Part shown: positions 23,396 through 36,545 of the stretch, piece by piece | How the letters are laid out: every line of letters begins with the position of its first letter | How positions within the stretch are numbered: position 1 is the stretch's first letter | Assembly (NCBI RefSeq): GCF_009834535.1 | Contig: NC_045713.1 | Coordinates: 2,480,001 to 2,544,000 of the forward strand | Direction: 5' to 3' | From: Camelus ferus | Taxonomy: Eukaryota | DNA: 64,000 nt | Notes under the pieces: generated by a model | What the model was told of the DNA's origin: nothing | The model's input: the letters and a program-made list of their open reading frames with translations, nothing else | The model's database searches: none | Program-made: the position numbers and the translations under genes

Positions 23396-23981
23396 GTGTC
23401 AGAATTCCAGCAGCGAAGGGTCTTCCTGGGGTCATGCTGACAAGGCTTTGAGACTCCAGGAAGATACTGATGCAAACTCTCTGAGATGTAAGGAGCAATT
23501 ACCTTCCATGGTGAGCAAATGCCTCTGGATCCATGGGCCATTATTCAGAGGCAAGGTGGGGCTGGCAGCTAGTAGCTCAATTACCAGCACTTCTCAACTC
23601 AAAACAGCATCTATTTTCATTTCTGTGGAGCAGGAAGAGCCTTTTATGTTTAATTTTTATCAAGCTGTGAAATGAGGTTTTAGCTGTGGGTGTCTCATTG
23701 ATGCCAGCCGTGCTCAGGAGGCGCTGTCTCTCCAGAGATCCTGCCCCTGCAGTGTCCCCCTCAGGCAAGAGCACACAGCCCAGGTAAGATGGCAACTTTC
23801 TCCTTAACAGTTTCCTGAGAAGTTTTTCTTCCCCTCACATTTTTTTCAATTTCATTCATTCCATTATCTCAGAAAGTCCCATTCAGTATCAGTATCAGTC
23901 ACCCACTAAAGCATCTCTAGATCAATAAAAGCTTCAAGGCAGCCAACCTGCTTTTTTGATACTAAGGGCTGATGGACTTAT

Positions 23982-23982
<1 letters not shown>

Positions 23983-24060
<78 letters not shown>
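23983..24060. repeat. Compound microsatellite (GT)24(GA)15
   Basis: Counted directly. Confidence 0.97.
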
Positions 24061-24061
<1 letters not shown>

Positions 24062-25225
24062 GGGGGGCGGGGCGGAAATAAAGACAAGGTTTATAGTTTT
24101 ACGTTTCCAATACACCTGGAAAAGCCAACTGGGACTTCAATAAAATAAAATAGCTCTTACCAATTTCCCTTAAAGCCAAGAAGCTCATAAACATTAAAAT
24201 AATATCAGTCCATGGGGCAGCACCTTGAATTTCAGTCCAAAGTTATGTCCATTTGCTTTTTTGGAAAGCAGGATGATAGAAAATCTAGTGTCATCCACAG
24301 CTCCAAGCACAGAACCAATGAATAACCAGAATAGCAGGAATGGAAAGAGTTCTGTTGGTTCTTCCAGAGACACCCTCCTGGTCTAAGCTTTGTAAACGGA
24401 CGTCCAGAGAAGTGAAATAATTCACCCAGAGTCATATAGCGGCTGGGAGACTAAGCAAGGACTAGACCCCAGGTCTCCTGGTTCCCTGTGTCCGTCAACT
24501 CCCACAGAGCATACGCAAAACAGGGAGAACATGCAGTGTTCACCAGGAATCCCCTTGGGATCAACAGACCATGTGTGAGGAAGAAAGAGTTGATGATCCA
24601 TTTAGAATAGAGTTTGAAACACAAAAAGTAAGTTCAAGGAATTAGCGATCGTTCCGCAACGATCTTCACAGAACGGAGATTTCCTGACTTCCTTCTTGAG
24701 GATGGGAATGCAGTTCAGGGTCAGAAACTCTGACAGAACAGCTCTGCTTCATAGAGTGGTCAGAAAAGTAAGATGAAGATTAGAGGGCCATCATCCAGGG
24801 GAGAGGGAGAAAAACTAGCAGAACTATGCATTGTTTGGGGAAGAACAGGGGTGGGGAACTTCAGCAGCTTTGCCAGAAACAGGCTTTGGGGAAGAAAAAT
24901 GTCTAAGAGGAATCCTGAGATTACTGGCTGAGTTGCATGGGACATAAACTCCTATGTTAGTTAGGGCGATGCTAGCTGGTGAAACAAGTAAACCTCAGAG
25001 ATGGTTGTTCTACCTGTTTCTTGATTTCCCCAAGGACGTGATTTTCTCTCCGTTCTACTAGGTATGGGAGACCCTGCTGCTGTGTCTCTGCTGCTGCAGA
25101 GTTGGTGTGGTTGCTGTGCTCTGATGTGAAAAATGGGAGAACGCTCACTCATCTACTCTGCATTGTACTTTGCCTCCTTCTGTGAAAACAGCTCATTTTT
25201 ATCCTACAGTCTCACAAGGACCTTT

Positions 25226-25600
25226 GTATCAGTCAAGTTAGGTTAGTTTATGCTGCAACAACAAACAACCCCCGAATCCTAGAGGCCCCAGTGACAAAGC
25301 TTAATGGCCCCCTTACTGCATATCCATTGCAGCTGACTAGTGGTGCTCCGTTCATTACAATCAGGCATGAGCCCAGGCAGATGGAAGAGCCACCATCTGA
25401 ATATTTGCAGGCTACTGTGGCAGAAAGAAATAGGGTCTGGGTGAGACTTCACCAGGGATTAAATGCTCAGCCTGAAACTGACACACATCGCTTCTACTCC
25501 TAGTTCACTGGCCAGAACCAGCCATGTGGCTCTACTCAAATAAAATGGATCCAGGAAGTACACTCCTACCTTGTATTTGGGAAACACACTTTTACAGAAA
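25226..25600 (-). mobile_element. MaLR LTR (MLT1J/K-like)
   Basis: TGTATCAGTCAAGTTAGG...CACTGGCCAGAACCAGCCATGTGGC. Confidence 0.7.
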
Positions 25601-26309
25601 CGATGTCTTCAGCTGCTGGTACCATGCCCTCTCTTTCTGAGGGTTAAAAACTTGTCCACATAGTCTCGTATGGCCAGTTCCCATATCATCCTCCTCATTA
25701 TTTTCCTTTGCACCCATTTCTCCACAGGAAAAACGTATAGAATCTCTCTCCTCTTGTCGAAATTACAATCCAAATCCCCAGTACAACCAACATGACAACT
25801 CACATATATGGAAACCTGGAGATTTCCAGGTACAGTGAACCACTTTGAGAAATTGTCAGACTCTGAAGTCCAGTTTGGGCTCATTTGGAAGAGTTGCTAC
25901 AAACACATACATACAAATGTAGCTAAGAGGTGCACTCTTCACATACATGTAAGCCAGATATTACATGGCCTTGCTCCTTGGCCCCTTGGACAGTCTGATT
26001 TTCCCACCCCACTCCAGTCACAGAATTTCAAGTTCTCTCCAAAGAATCCAATCTCTCAGAAGTCCAAAGAGCAATACAGACTTCAATGAAGTTTTGCAGG
26101 AGGGAAGGGGAGGGGATGTTACAAAGATATCTAGCTGTACGCCAAAATTTGGTCTCCATTCCATAGCTGGCAGGTCTTATGTCAGGACCGGATTTTTACA
26201 AGCTCCCTTGCATGCAGGGTATCCCTCATGGCTTGTTTTTGGTAATGGAGTGTGCGTGGAAGCAATATGTATCATTTCTGAGCATGATCTTTTGAGAAGA
26301 GGGTGTGTC

Positions 26310-26485
26310 AACTAGCTCACTTGAGCTGATGTCTGACTTTGCCAATTTGTGGCCATGTGGGTTATTCATTCCACCATGTCCTCTTGGCCAGCTTCTTCCA
26401 TCTCATTATTTGCATCATCTATGAAACAGAGTAATTATATCTGCCTCCCTCAATAGTTATCAAGATTGAGTGAGATAATCTATAT
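26310..26485 (+). mobile_element. MIR SINE
   Basis: CATCTATGAAACAG...CAAGATTGAGTGAGATAAT. Confidence 0.55.
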
Positions 26486-26644
26486 TGGTGGTTTTTAAAC
26501 ATACATAGGGGCATCCAGTGAGGAGCTCAGAGAGAGGGGTTTTTCCTGTCTCATCTCTCACCCTTCCACTCAATCAGGCCACCCCAATTATATCAGTTTT
26601 GCATGTTAGTATTCCTCCTAAGACTTTGTGAGAATGTTCTGTAG

Positions 26645-26712
26645 TAGAAAAAACATTTGAACACAACATTGTAAAATGACTATAACTCAATAAAAAAAAA
26701 GTTAAAAAAAAC
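26645..26712 (+). mobile_element. Very short young L1 3' tail
   Basis: ACACAACATTGTAAAATGACTATAACTCAATAAAAAAAAA. Confidence 0.7.
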
Positions 26713-26789
26713 ACACCATTTGAAACTACCAACCAGAGTGTGAAGGCATTTGATGAAATGAAAAATGCAAACCTAATGAATTGGGATCC

Positions 26790-27620
26790 ATTCATTTATA
26801 CGTTCATCAAATATGGATTGGGCCTGGAGCTCTTCTAAGCACTAAAGATATAGCAGTGAATAAAATAATGGGAGGACAGACAGTAAACACATAAACTAAT
26901 AAATACATAATGCGTCAAGTGCTCCAAAGAAACACAAAGTGAGGTCAAAGGTGATTGAAGGTGTTACTTTAATAGGGTGGTTAGAAAAGACTCTGCCGAG
27001 AAAGGGATGTTTGAACAGACCTAAAAGAAGGAGGGACTGAGCCACGCAAGCGTCTGGGGGAAGAACAGTAAGGGGTGAGAGAGATAAAGAGGATGAGCCA
27101 TGGGCAACATCACACAGGGCCTCGCTGGCCATGGAGAGATCTGCGTATCTCACTCTGAGTGAGATGGGGAGCTATCAGGGAGAGAGCAGAGCAAGGTCGT
27201 GATCTGATTTACATTTTAGATGGATCATTCGGGCCTCTCAGCAGAGAATAGACTGTGAGGAGTCAAGAATAGAAATAAGAAAAACAGTTAGGAGGTGATG
27301 GTAGAGACAGAGGTAGAGGTGAGCGGTGCTCAGACTCAGGTGTATTTTTAAATTAGAGCTGGCAGGATGTGTTGATGGATTGAATATGATGTGAGAAAGA
27401 TTTTAGCTAGATGACTGGTAGAACGGGGTGGCTGAGATGAGAACCAGGGGGAATTTGGGTGGAAGAGGAGAAGAAACTAGAGTTCTGCTTTGACTGCCTT
27501 GAGCTGTGAGCTGTTTCTCTGACTTGGAAGAGTAAGACAGCTAGATGTGCAGGCCTGGGTTTAGGGGAGAGGCTGGGTGAGAGCCCAACATGCCCGGATG
27601 CTACTGAAACCTGGGGGACT
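26790..27620 (-). mobile_element. L2 LINE
   Basis: CATTCATTTA...GTGATCTGATTTACATTTT...GATGGATTGAATATG. Confidence 0.85.
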
Positions 27621-29719
27621 GGAGAGGCCTCGAGGGAATATGCGCAAATGGAGACGAGGTCCAGGGCCTGTTAACGTCACTTATCAAAGACTACTTTAGA
27701 AGCATAACCTTCAACCTGTCCTACCTGCTCACACGCTAAAAAGATAAAAGTAAAGTAAGTAATTCAAATTTTGTACTGTCACTTTACCATGAGAACTTGA
27801 AAGGGTAAGAAGGAAAGAAGAAAAAATAAGGTGCAGTTTCCAAGACACAAAAGTATTTAAAAAAAAAAAAGCAGGGATTAGAAAGGGGGGAGTGAGTCCA
27901 ATAGTGCATCTCCCATCCGTTCTAAACTTAGAGTTCAAAACAGTTGTAGGTTCAAATACATCAAAAATGGTGCAGGGAAACCCACAATCTGATTTAGTTA
28001 AATAGATTTAACTATGGAAAAATATTAGACTAGTAGAAAAAGTTTCATTCTGATTGTATTTAAATAGAGATAGAAAAGCTCAAAGTATTTAACAGAAATA
28101 ATATTTGTGGTGAGAGAAAACAAAGAACTTCATTAAGTAGAAAAGAAGACAGGTTGGGGGAGAAAATGATAAATACAATTATAATATTAAGAAGTAATAT
28201 GCTGTATTCAGCTTCTAGTTTTAAATATCATCTACTTAGCAGCCCTGAAATAGACTTTCCCAACTTTTAATTAAAATGCCTTTAAAAACACAGAAAAAAA
28301 TTAAAATTCACAACTCTAGGGAAAAAAATAGGACAACAGTCAACCTATTTCTGGATAGAATTGGGGAGATTTTCCTTTATGAAGCAGTGGAACTGGAAGG
28401 CAAAACAGAATTGATGGTTCACTTGGGCTGAAAGCACACACACCACTCCTCCTTTCTCCCGTATTTGCTCTCCAGTTCAAGGTACGTAGCATCAGAAACC
28501 CAAGACGTATCCCCTCTCCTGCAAGAATGCTGATTTTTGAAGCCATCCAAGTGCTATTCCTCTTCCTCCAAGCTCTACCTCTCCTCACCCAAATCGGGGA
28601 GTCTTTACAATATCCAGTAAGAACCTGTCACTCCCAGAGAACTAGTCCCAGGAGATGGGCTGGGCTGGTGAGAGAACAGGAGTACCATGCACTCTGGAAG
28701 GTAAATCCCAGGGAGGGAGGTACACGGGAAGAGCTATTGGAGCAGTGTATTCTGGGAGCTGTAGGTAAGGTTTCAATTCCTATACCTGTTAGAATTTGGC
28801 CTGTGGGAGTGAAAGGTCCCAGCTTGGCTAGCAGAACCTCCTTAGAGGAGACATGCCACATGCTGAGGACTGGTTTTAGGAGCTGTGTTCACTGAATTTC
28901 TGAGAAGTGTGTCTGACCCAGTGCACAAGTGAACCCAGCAGGTGATGCACACATCCAACCATTAGTAGGAACCGTGACTAAGCATCTCTTCCTTCTGTCA
29001 AGGGTAAGTAAAGAGACATCACCACCAGCATCACCAACACACTCTAAACAAAGAAATAATCATTAAATAATAAAAGAAGACCCAGTGAAACAAAAACACA
29101 GAACAGGTAGGAAAGAATCCCGCTACTTAGACTCAAAGAAGAAGCACATCACAGAAATGAAGAAGGAAATTTTAGAAAACTTACTCAAGACAGACCACTT
29201 CTCACCTCTAGGACCCAGGAATGGAAAGCCCAAAGAAGAGAACAGACTGAAAGGAAAACATAACAAAACAAGAAGGGAACTAAATGAGATAAGAAAAGCT
29301 TGCTGAGAAACTTGAAATGTCACCAGGCAAGGAGCATGACTGTCTTATTTACCGTGATATCACCGAGGACTTACCACAGTGCCTAGATGCTACCTGTCTA
29401 TGTCCCCCAAGTTGCCAGAAGCCTAACCAAAGCACCAGGAGGCCATTATTTTTACATCATAAATATTAGAATATGCTGCCCTTTCATGTAAAAATGGTTC
29501 TCCATTAGTAGGTTATATATCTTGATTTTTTTCTGATACTCTGATAATCTATTCATAATCTATCAGATTAATAATCATCAATCATACACAGTTCACATTT
29601 CTGATAAATTGAATGCAGTTGGGGAAATAGGGTCATATACACGACAGACTAAAGTCAATTCAGTCAATGTAGGATTGTAAAAAAACTAATAATAAAAAGT
29701 CTAGTTAGATCAGATAGAG

Positions 29720-30055
29720 CGTCATAGACAGTGTCCCCTCAAAATTCATATGTTAAAACCTAGCCCCCAGCGTGATGGTGTTTGGAGGTGGGGGCTTTGG
29801 GAGGGGGTCGGATCCTGAGTGTTAAGTCACCGTGAATGGGATTAATGTGCTTATAAAAGAGACCCCAGAGAGCTCCCACCTAGTGACTGTAGTAAGAAGA
29901 TGACGGAGCACAAGGAAGCAGGCTTTCTTCACCAGACACCAAATCTGCCAGAGCCGTGACCAGTCTCCAGAACTGTGAGAAATACATTTCTGTTGTTTAT
30001 AAGCTACCAAGGGTATGGTTATTTTTGTCATAGCACCCGCAAATGTTCTATGACA
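29720..30055 (+). mobile_element. MLT1A-like solo LTR
   Basis: GTCCCCTCAAAATTCATATGTT...CCAGAACTGTGAGAAATACATTTCTGTTG; flanks TAGAG/TAAAG. Confidence 0.88.
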
Positions 30056-30814
30056 TAAAGGTTACTGCATGAACCTGGCCTCCTTAGGGCCATGCCCCAC
30101 AGAGTTAAGTTAATGGCACTTCTCCAAAGTCAGAAACACTTAGGGCCGTTTAAAACCATTAGGATCAGTGCCCTATTTGTTTTGAATACATGTGCATTTG
30201 TCTTCCTCTAGTTCAGCATAACTCCCTCTGCTATCAACATCTCTCCATCACTTTGGTTAAGGTATGCAATAATTGTGCAGTACTTTATCCTGCCGAAGTG
30301 TTTTCATATCCATTAAGTCATGAGAGCTTCGCAGTAACCCAGAGAGGAAGCAGATCAGGTGTCTGCCTGCATTCATGCTGAAGAAGTAAGTAGCAGAAGG
30401 AGAGGGAGCACTGTGGCTTCCCAGGACGTGGCGGGGAGAGGATGGCAGATTCGTACCTCCCACTGCAACACTTAGCTCCCCTTCCCACCCCCACGTCTGC
30501 TCCCGTCCCAGCCAGTACGAAACTCTGGGACACTGCTCAAAGCTAGGACCTGACTCATAGAAACCTTAGTCCACAAGCACACTGAGAACTTCTTCAAAAG
30601 AGTGTGGCTAAGGAACTTTGAGGACAATGGCCAAGATCCTTAAAAACAAATACAAATATAAGAGATGTTGGTTACTTTGGGGGAGGAAGGCATCCAAGGA
30701 TATGGGAGAGTGGTTCTGGGTTGCTGTGTGTCCTAGTCATTGGCCTGGATATGTTCAAGCTGTGATAGTTCATTGCACTGTATATGCCCTTTTGATTTGT
30801 GCACTTGAAAAAAA

Positions 30815-30955
30815 AATTTTTAACACCTTTATTGTGGTATGATTCCTGTATGGTAAAGTACACGTATTTCAGATGTACAATTTGATGAATTTTGATAGAT
30901 GTCTACACCCATGAAACCACCACCACAATCAAGATAGCTAACATTTCTGTAAGAA
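30815..30955 (-). mobile_element. L1M 3' fragment
   Basis: TGTACAATTTGATGAATTTTGA...CACCACAATCAAGATA. Confidence 0.8.
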
Positions 30956-31056
30956 GGTTATGGGTTCAATGAAAGTGAGAAATTTTAAAAGGCACAAATA
31001 CCTTTTAATTTCAGGTTTGCCTTTTCTTCTCTTTTTTGCCTCTCAGTGTTTTACAT

Positions 31057-31236
31057 NNNNNNNNNNNNNNNNNNNNNNNNNNNNNNNNNNNNNNNNNNNN
31101 NNNNNNNNNNNNNNNNNNNNNNNNNNNNNNNNNNNNNNNNNNNNNNNNNNNNNNNNNNNNNNNNNNNNNNNNNNNNNNNNNNNNNNNNNNNNNNNNNNNN
31201 NNNNNNNNNNNNNNNNNNNNNNNNNNNNNNNNNNNN
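31057..31236. other. N block (180 nt)
   Basis: Run of n read directly. Confidence 0.98.
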
Positions 31237-34200
31237 TAAGTTGCCAGTTTTATTTTCACGTAAGGTGTGGGCTAAAATACGAGAGGGTGAATTTCTCTAA
31301 GTTTAAAATACAAACAGAATTTTAAAAATACACCTTAAGTCGGCCAAAGAATTTAGCACAGGTGATTTACATCATTACTTCATCTCACTCCCACCACAGA
31401 GAAACAAAACACAGAAGATATTTACTAGGTGCAATTGGTACTTTAACTTCAAATTTACTAGGCTTGCTACTTACATGAGAACTTATCGATGTATTTCATG
31501 TTGAATTTGGCTCGATGTTCACTTCCCAGAAACACCTGTTGTATCCCTGCCCTTGAGCCACCCTCACCATCAAACAACAGCTCTCAAGATTTGAACAGAA
31601 GTGGTAAGGGGCCCTGAAAATTTCTGCTAAAATAAATGACTCAAAAGTAGATTTATGATGTAAAAGACTATGATATTGCAAGTGGAAGTGAAAAGTTTGA
31701 ATGAAGTATTTCCGCTAGAAAAAAAAATGCTTGATGACTTTTCCATCATACTTTGTAAATATCCTAAGCACTCTCTCGACTGAACCACAAACTCGAGTCC
31801 CCACTGGAGACGCCTGCATCTTAGGTGAAATACACTCTGGAAAGAAACAGCAAACACAGACCCAACAACGACACCAGGACATCAGTGCAGCTCGTCCCCG
31901 TTTTTATCAAGTGCCTTTTGACTGTGTGATCTACCAGGTTGCAAAGGTGCAAGTTTCCACTTCCACCATCCCTTTTTTGGGATGAAATCACTCACACAGA
32001 GAGCAGTTAAGCAATATACCCAAGGCTCCAAAACAGAAATTCAAGTTCCCAGGACTGCTTTGTGACTGTCCATGAAGACAGCCAGAAATGATACAGGTCA
32101 AGCATTAATGAAACACACAGAAGGTAGAATAGGAGACAAAAGAAGCTTGCATTTGGGATGCTGACAGAGCCTTGGACTGTCTTTTGGGTGTGGACCTGAT
32201 CAAGACCCAGGGCCAAACAGACCAACAATAGCAGGGGTCGCCGGAGGGGTAGGCAACAGGCAGTCCATTCAGGTGGCAACCTGCGGCAGGGATGTCTGGC
32301 AATGGCGATTCATCAGAGGTCTGGTAGAAGGGCAGAGCTCAGGATGGGGAGAGCCCGTCAGCAAGCTGTGGGCACCAACTTCCAGAGGGTCTACAAGTGT
32401 AGTGGGTGCAAGAGACCTCGCAGGATTCCGGGACCGACCATGGTCAGAGATCAGATAACTTCTATCGCAGGCACGCATTCAGACGCTCACTTCTCTATTC
32501 TCTCCCACATATCTTTGCATGTGGCCCATCGCCTCCCAATGTTGAGAAAGTTTCCCCTCAAACAAGCCAACATCACGAAGGGAGAGCGAGAAGACAATGG
32601 ATCCTTGAGTTCATTTCCCGACCACCTCTCCTGGGTAACAGCTCACCTTTGTCTTTCTCGTCAAAATGACTCTACTCACTGATCAACCGATTTTCAGAAA
32701 ATCTCCTTGAATTAGACCAGGGAAATACACTGCTAACAGATATTTTTTGCTCTGTCAAATCATTTTCCCCTCAACTATCTTTCCATTCAAAATCCTTTAA
32801 AATTACACACAAAGGGGGAGAAAAATGTAGGTCGGCACGCATGCTAATGACATTGTGTCCGTGTCTCCTCAAGCACAGCACGGCAGCAGAGCTGTGTCAC
32901 ACTTGTGTGTTGCTGTCTGTTCTCTTCTGCAGCACACTGGTTATGCTCTCGCTTGGCAGACACAGCAGAACCAAAGGGATTATACACTTACCATCTGGAA
33001 ATACTCCACGATCATCATAGACCAAAATCTATACCCTGCCTCTTCCCTCCTGCGCCAAGTAGTTAAAATAAGAAAGAAAGAAGGATAGCCCAGCACAGCC
33101 CCACCAGAGGAAGCCAGCAGACTAATGCAGACCACACGTTCTAAGAGCCGGTGGCTTGTTCTGGAAGTGAAACCTGCATGGGGCTTGTAAGCAAAGAGAG
33201 GACTTGGAAAGACTCAGGCGACAGGCTTTGAACATTGCCAGGGGTAACATTCAAATGCTCAAATTCATGAATACTAAGCTCTCACAGCATTTCTCCAGAA
33301 AATGGAGCATAACTCCAGACTTCTCAGGACGCAGGCAAATGGAGACTAACGGAGCAGCATTCAGACTCTGCTGGGAAGTCTGCTAGGCTCACTCACATCT
33401 GCCCCCACTGCAGGTCTCACGATTCCTGCCCCTGCACAGATTTCTGGAAGCCACGGAGCTGTGGGGCCACTTGAGGATAATCAAACCCCCAAAAGTGAAG
33501 TTGTCACAGGCAAGATGTTACTTTCCTGGTTCTCAATCTTTGATGTGCATTGGAACCACTTTTGGATACCTGGGCCCCACCGCAAATCTAACCCAATCAC
33601 AGTCTCTGAGGAAGGGACCCAGGCGCACCTGATTGTTAACAGCGTATAAATGACTTGGCCGTGTCCCCTCTCCCTGTATACCTCAGTGCAGAACCACGGC
33701 TCCTCAGCAAATATTGGTTTGCAGATTCATTTACTCTTACATCTCACTCTGCCATCTGTGGTAATGAGCGATTTCTTCTTTGGAGAGGTTTTCATCGCAG
33801 AAATATTCCATGGGAAGACATCTCATTGTAAAATGAAAGGGAAAGACAACACAAAAATCCTATATCCATATGGAATCCGTTAGCTTTCTTACCAGTCTCT
33901 CTCCACCTCCTCCCCAGGCTGGTGGACTCATCACCAATATGGAAAAGGCAATAGCTTTACCAATCCTAGGGTCCAATAGGTCTTAGGTGTTCAAACCAAC
34001 AGAATTTTCCCTGCCAAAGGGGGAGCCCAGATTGTAGGATCCTTGCAAAATATGCACACGTGGGTCCAGGCCAAGTGCAAATCATGCTCTGGCCCTGTCT
34101 GGAGGGCTGGCTGTGCAGGGAAAGGAGCCCAAGGCAGCGAGCTCAGAGACCCCAGCCTTGTCTGCCTCTGCTGCACAGCCGCTTGGTAGGAATCCAGGTA

Positions 34201-35220
34201 CCAGTCACCTCTTGGGGAGCCTCAGCATCTTCACTTCATTTGAAAAAGGGCTGTGACAAGAGTAGTGGGCATTCCTTTCAGTGAACATTCATGCACTCAC
34301 CTTCCCCCGTCCCTGCCTTCACCTTCTCATCTGCTCTGTCCTCAGCCTGGAGGCCTCAACCATGAGTATGGGAAGAACTCGTGGGTGTTGCAGAGCTTCG
34401 CCCCTGGGGACTGTCCAGCCCAGTCTCAGCCTCATTTCTACCTCTCTGGCACAAGCTGCCTGGCGCCAAACTATGCCACAGTCTGTTGGCTGCCCTCCTG
34501 CCAACCCCAGGCCTGAGCTGGAGCAGGAAGTAGAACAGAACTGAACACCCAGCTCTGATTCCCACGTCTTGCTCCCCCCTCTGCTCCCTTTCTCCAGAGC
34601 CTGTCCTGAAACCTGGACAATCACCTACTTCACCCAAACTATTATCTATCTGGGAATCTTACCTTTTCAATTATTTTCTGCTTTAGTCCAGCTCCTGGAC
34701 ACCTATGTCATATTCCAGACCCCATTTTGGACTAAAGCCTTAAACTTGAACCCGAACCTAGTCAGTGATTTGGTCTGTTTCTTACTGAGAGGTATTCTCA
34801 GTGGCAAGAGTCTACAGGACTGTCCAACTAGGCGTGCCCCTCCCCCTTTGCGGGGGCCCCATTACTGCTCACTGCCCATCTGCCAATGCTACCTGCAGCA
34901 ATTAAAGACGGCCCCACTCTTCTTTCATCTGCCCCTGCAGTCCCTGCAGCTGGGCTGATTGCCACAGAGCCTGGCTTACCCCAGGGGGTAGGCGTGAGCC
35001 ATGTCCATACCTCTTCTGGCCCGGCTCATGCTCATATCCCAGGTAAATGAGGCCCCGTTCTTCATCCTGAGCCTGGTCCTCAAACCCGCATCTCCATCCC
35101 CTTTGGAAAATATATGAGCTGCCTTTACTTAGTGTGACACTGATTCTGCTGCCAACTGTGCACTTGGTTGACACAGCGGACTGCTCTTTCCACCTCTGAC
35201 CACTTTATTCCCTTAGGGAC

Positions 35221-35690
35221 TGTATTAATTTCCTTTTGATGCTATAACAAGTTATCACAAACTTAGGGGCTTAGCCAGTCCAAATGTATATCCTGATTTA
35301 TTAATAAACATTCATTATCTTGAGGCCAGAGCCTCACTTTGCTAAAACAAAAGTGTCAGCCAGTTCCCTCTGGAAGTTCTAGAGAGAATCCATTCCTTGT
35401 CTATTCCAGCTTCTAGAGGCTGGACACGTTCCTTGGTCGGCGGCCCTGCTCCAGCTCAAAGCCAGCAACTTCATCACACTGACTCTGCTTCCATCGTCAC
35501 ATCTCTTTTTCTCATTCTCCTGCCTCCCCCCTTCCTTGTGATTACACTGACACCCAGAATAATCTCTCCATCTCCAAATCGTTAACTTCATCACATATGC
35601 AAAGTCCCTTTTGCCACATAAGGAAACCGATTCACAAGTTATGAGACTAGGATGTGGACATCTTTGGGTGTCATTGTTCCACTGATCTCA
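35221..35690 (-). mobile_element. MLT1D-like solo LTR
   Basis: GCAAAGTCCCTTTTGCCACATAAGG...GGATGTGGACATCTTTGGG; flanks GGGAC/GAGAC. Confidence 0.88.
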
Positions 35691-35995
35691 GAGACCAGGA
35701 CATTTCCCTCTCCAGTTTTTTCTCCCTTTCTGAGTGCTCTGCCTCCCTTTCCATCAATGGATCTTTATTCCCCAAAGATCTCTTAAACGTTGGTGCCCCC
35801 ACCACTCCCATGATTTCACTGTGGTCCTGCTCCCACTACACAGCCTCCCTGTGCACTCTCACTCGCAGTCATGATTTAGGTTTCACACACGGATGAGTTC
35901 CTAAATAGAGGTTTCCAGCCCAGTCCTTCCTCCTGAGACTCATACCTGTACGTCCAGCTGTCTGACTCTGGTCCTCTGCCTGGGTACATGTCAAG
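35691..35995 (+). mobile_element. L2 fragment
   Basis: TTCCAGCCCAGTCCTTCCTCCTGAGACTC...TCCAGCTGTCTG. Confidence 0.55.
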
Positions 35996-36304
35996 AGCAC
36001 TGTTCCCAAAGGGCAGTGGGCCCCAGATCAAAGTCAAGAAGTACACCCAAAGTCAAAACCTCAGCAGGGGGACCTCTGGAGGTGAAATTGTAATTTTTAC
36101 TGCCATAATGGAAGAGAAAAGCTTATTTTTGTAGAAGAAATAAACGTGGGCAGGCAGAAGGAATAAACACAAACATCTTCAATGTATTCATCTTATTTTC
36201 TTGACACATAAAAAGTCCCACTTTCTACGTCTTGCTCTCCTAGAACCTTATCCATAGGAGAAAAAAAACCCTTAAAAATAATGCAAGCAAGAAAGTTACA
36301 CAGG

Positions 36305-36545
36305 ATAACAATGTAAATGACTATCATTTACTGAGAACTTACCAGGAATTGTATTAAGCATGTACATGAAATATTTCATCTCATTTAATCCCTATGACAA
36401 GCCAGTGCAGTATTTTTAATATTAAATGAAGAAAGTGTGTCTTGGGAGTTTAAGTAACTTGCCAAGTTCACACAATCAATAAGAAACAGAACCTGGACTT
36501 GAACCAAAGTCTGCTTGACATTAGTGTCCAGACTATTGACACTCA
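36305..36545 (-). mobile_element. MIR SINE
   Basis: CTCATTTAATCC...TTAAGTAACTTGCCAAGTTCACACA. Confidence 0.85.

Noticed and set aside
29040-29330. Lys/Glu-rich ORF resembling a LINE ORF1 start
   Set aside because: A-rich composition explains it; the family cannot be assigned by eye.
32007-32279. ORF resembling a signal peptide plus TM helix
   Set aside because: Starts at TTG, has no supporting exon structure, and T-rich antisense sequence gives hydrophobic translations.
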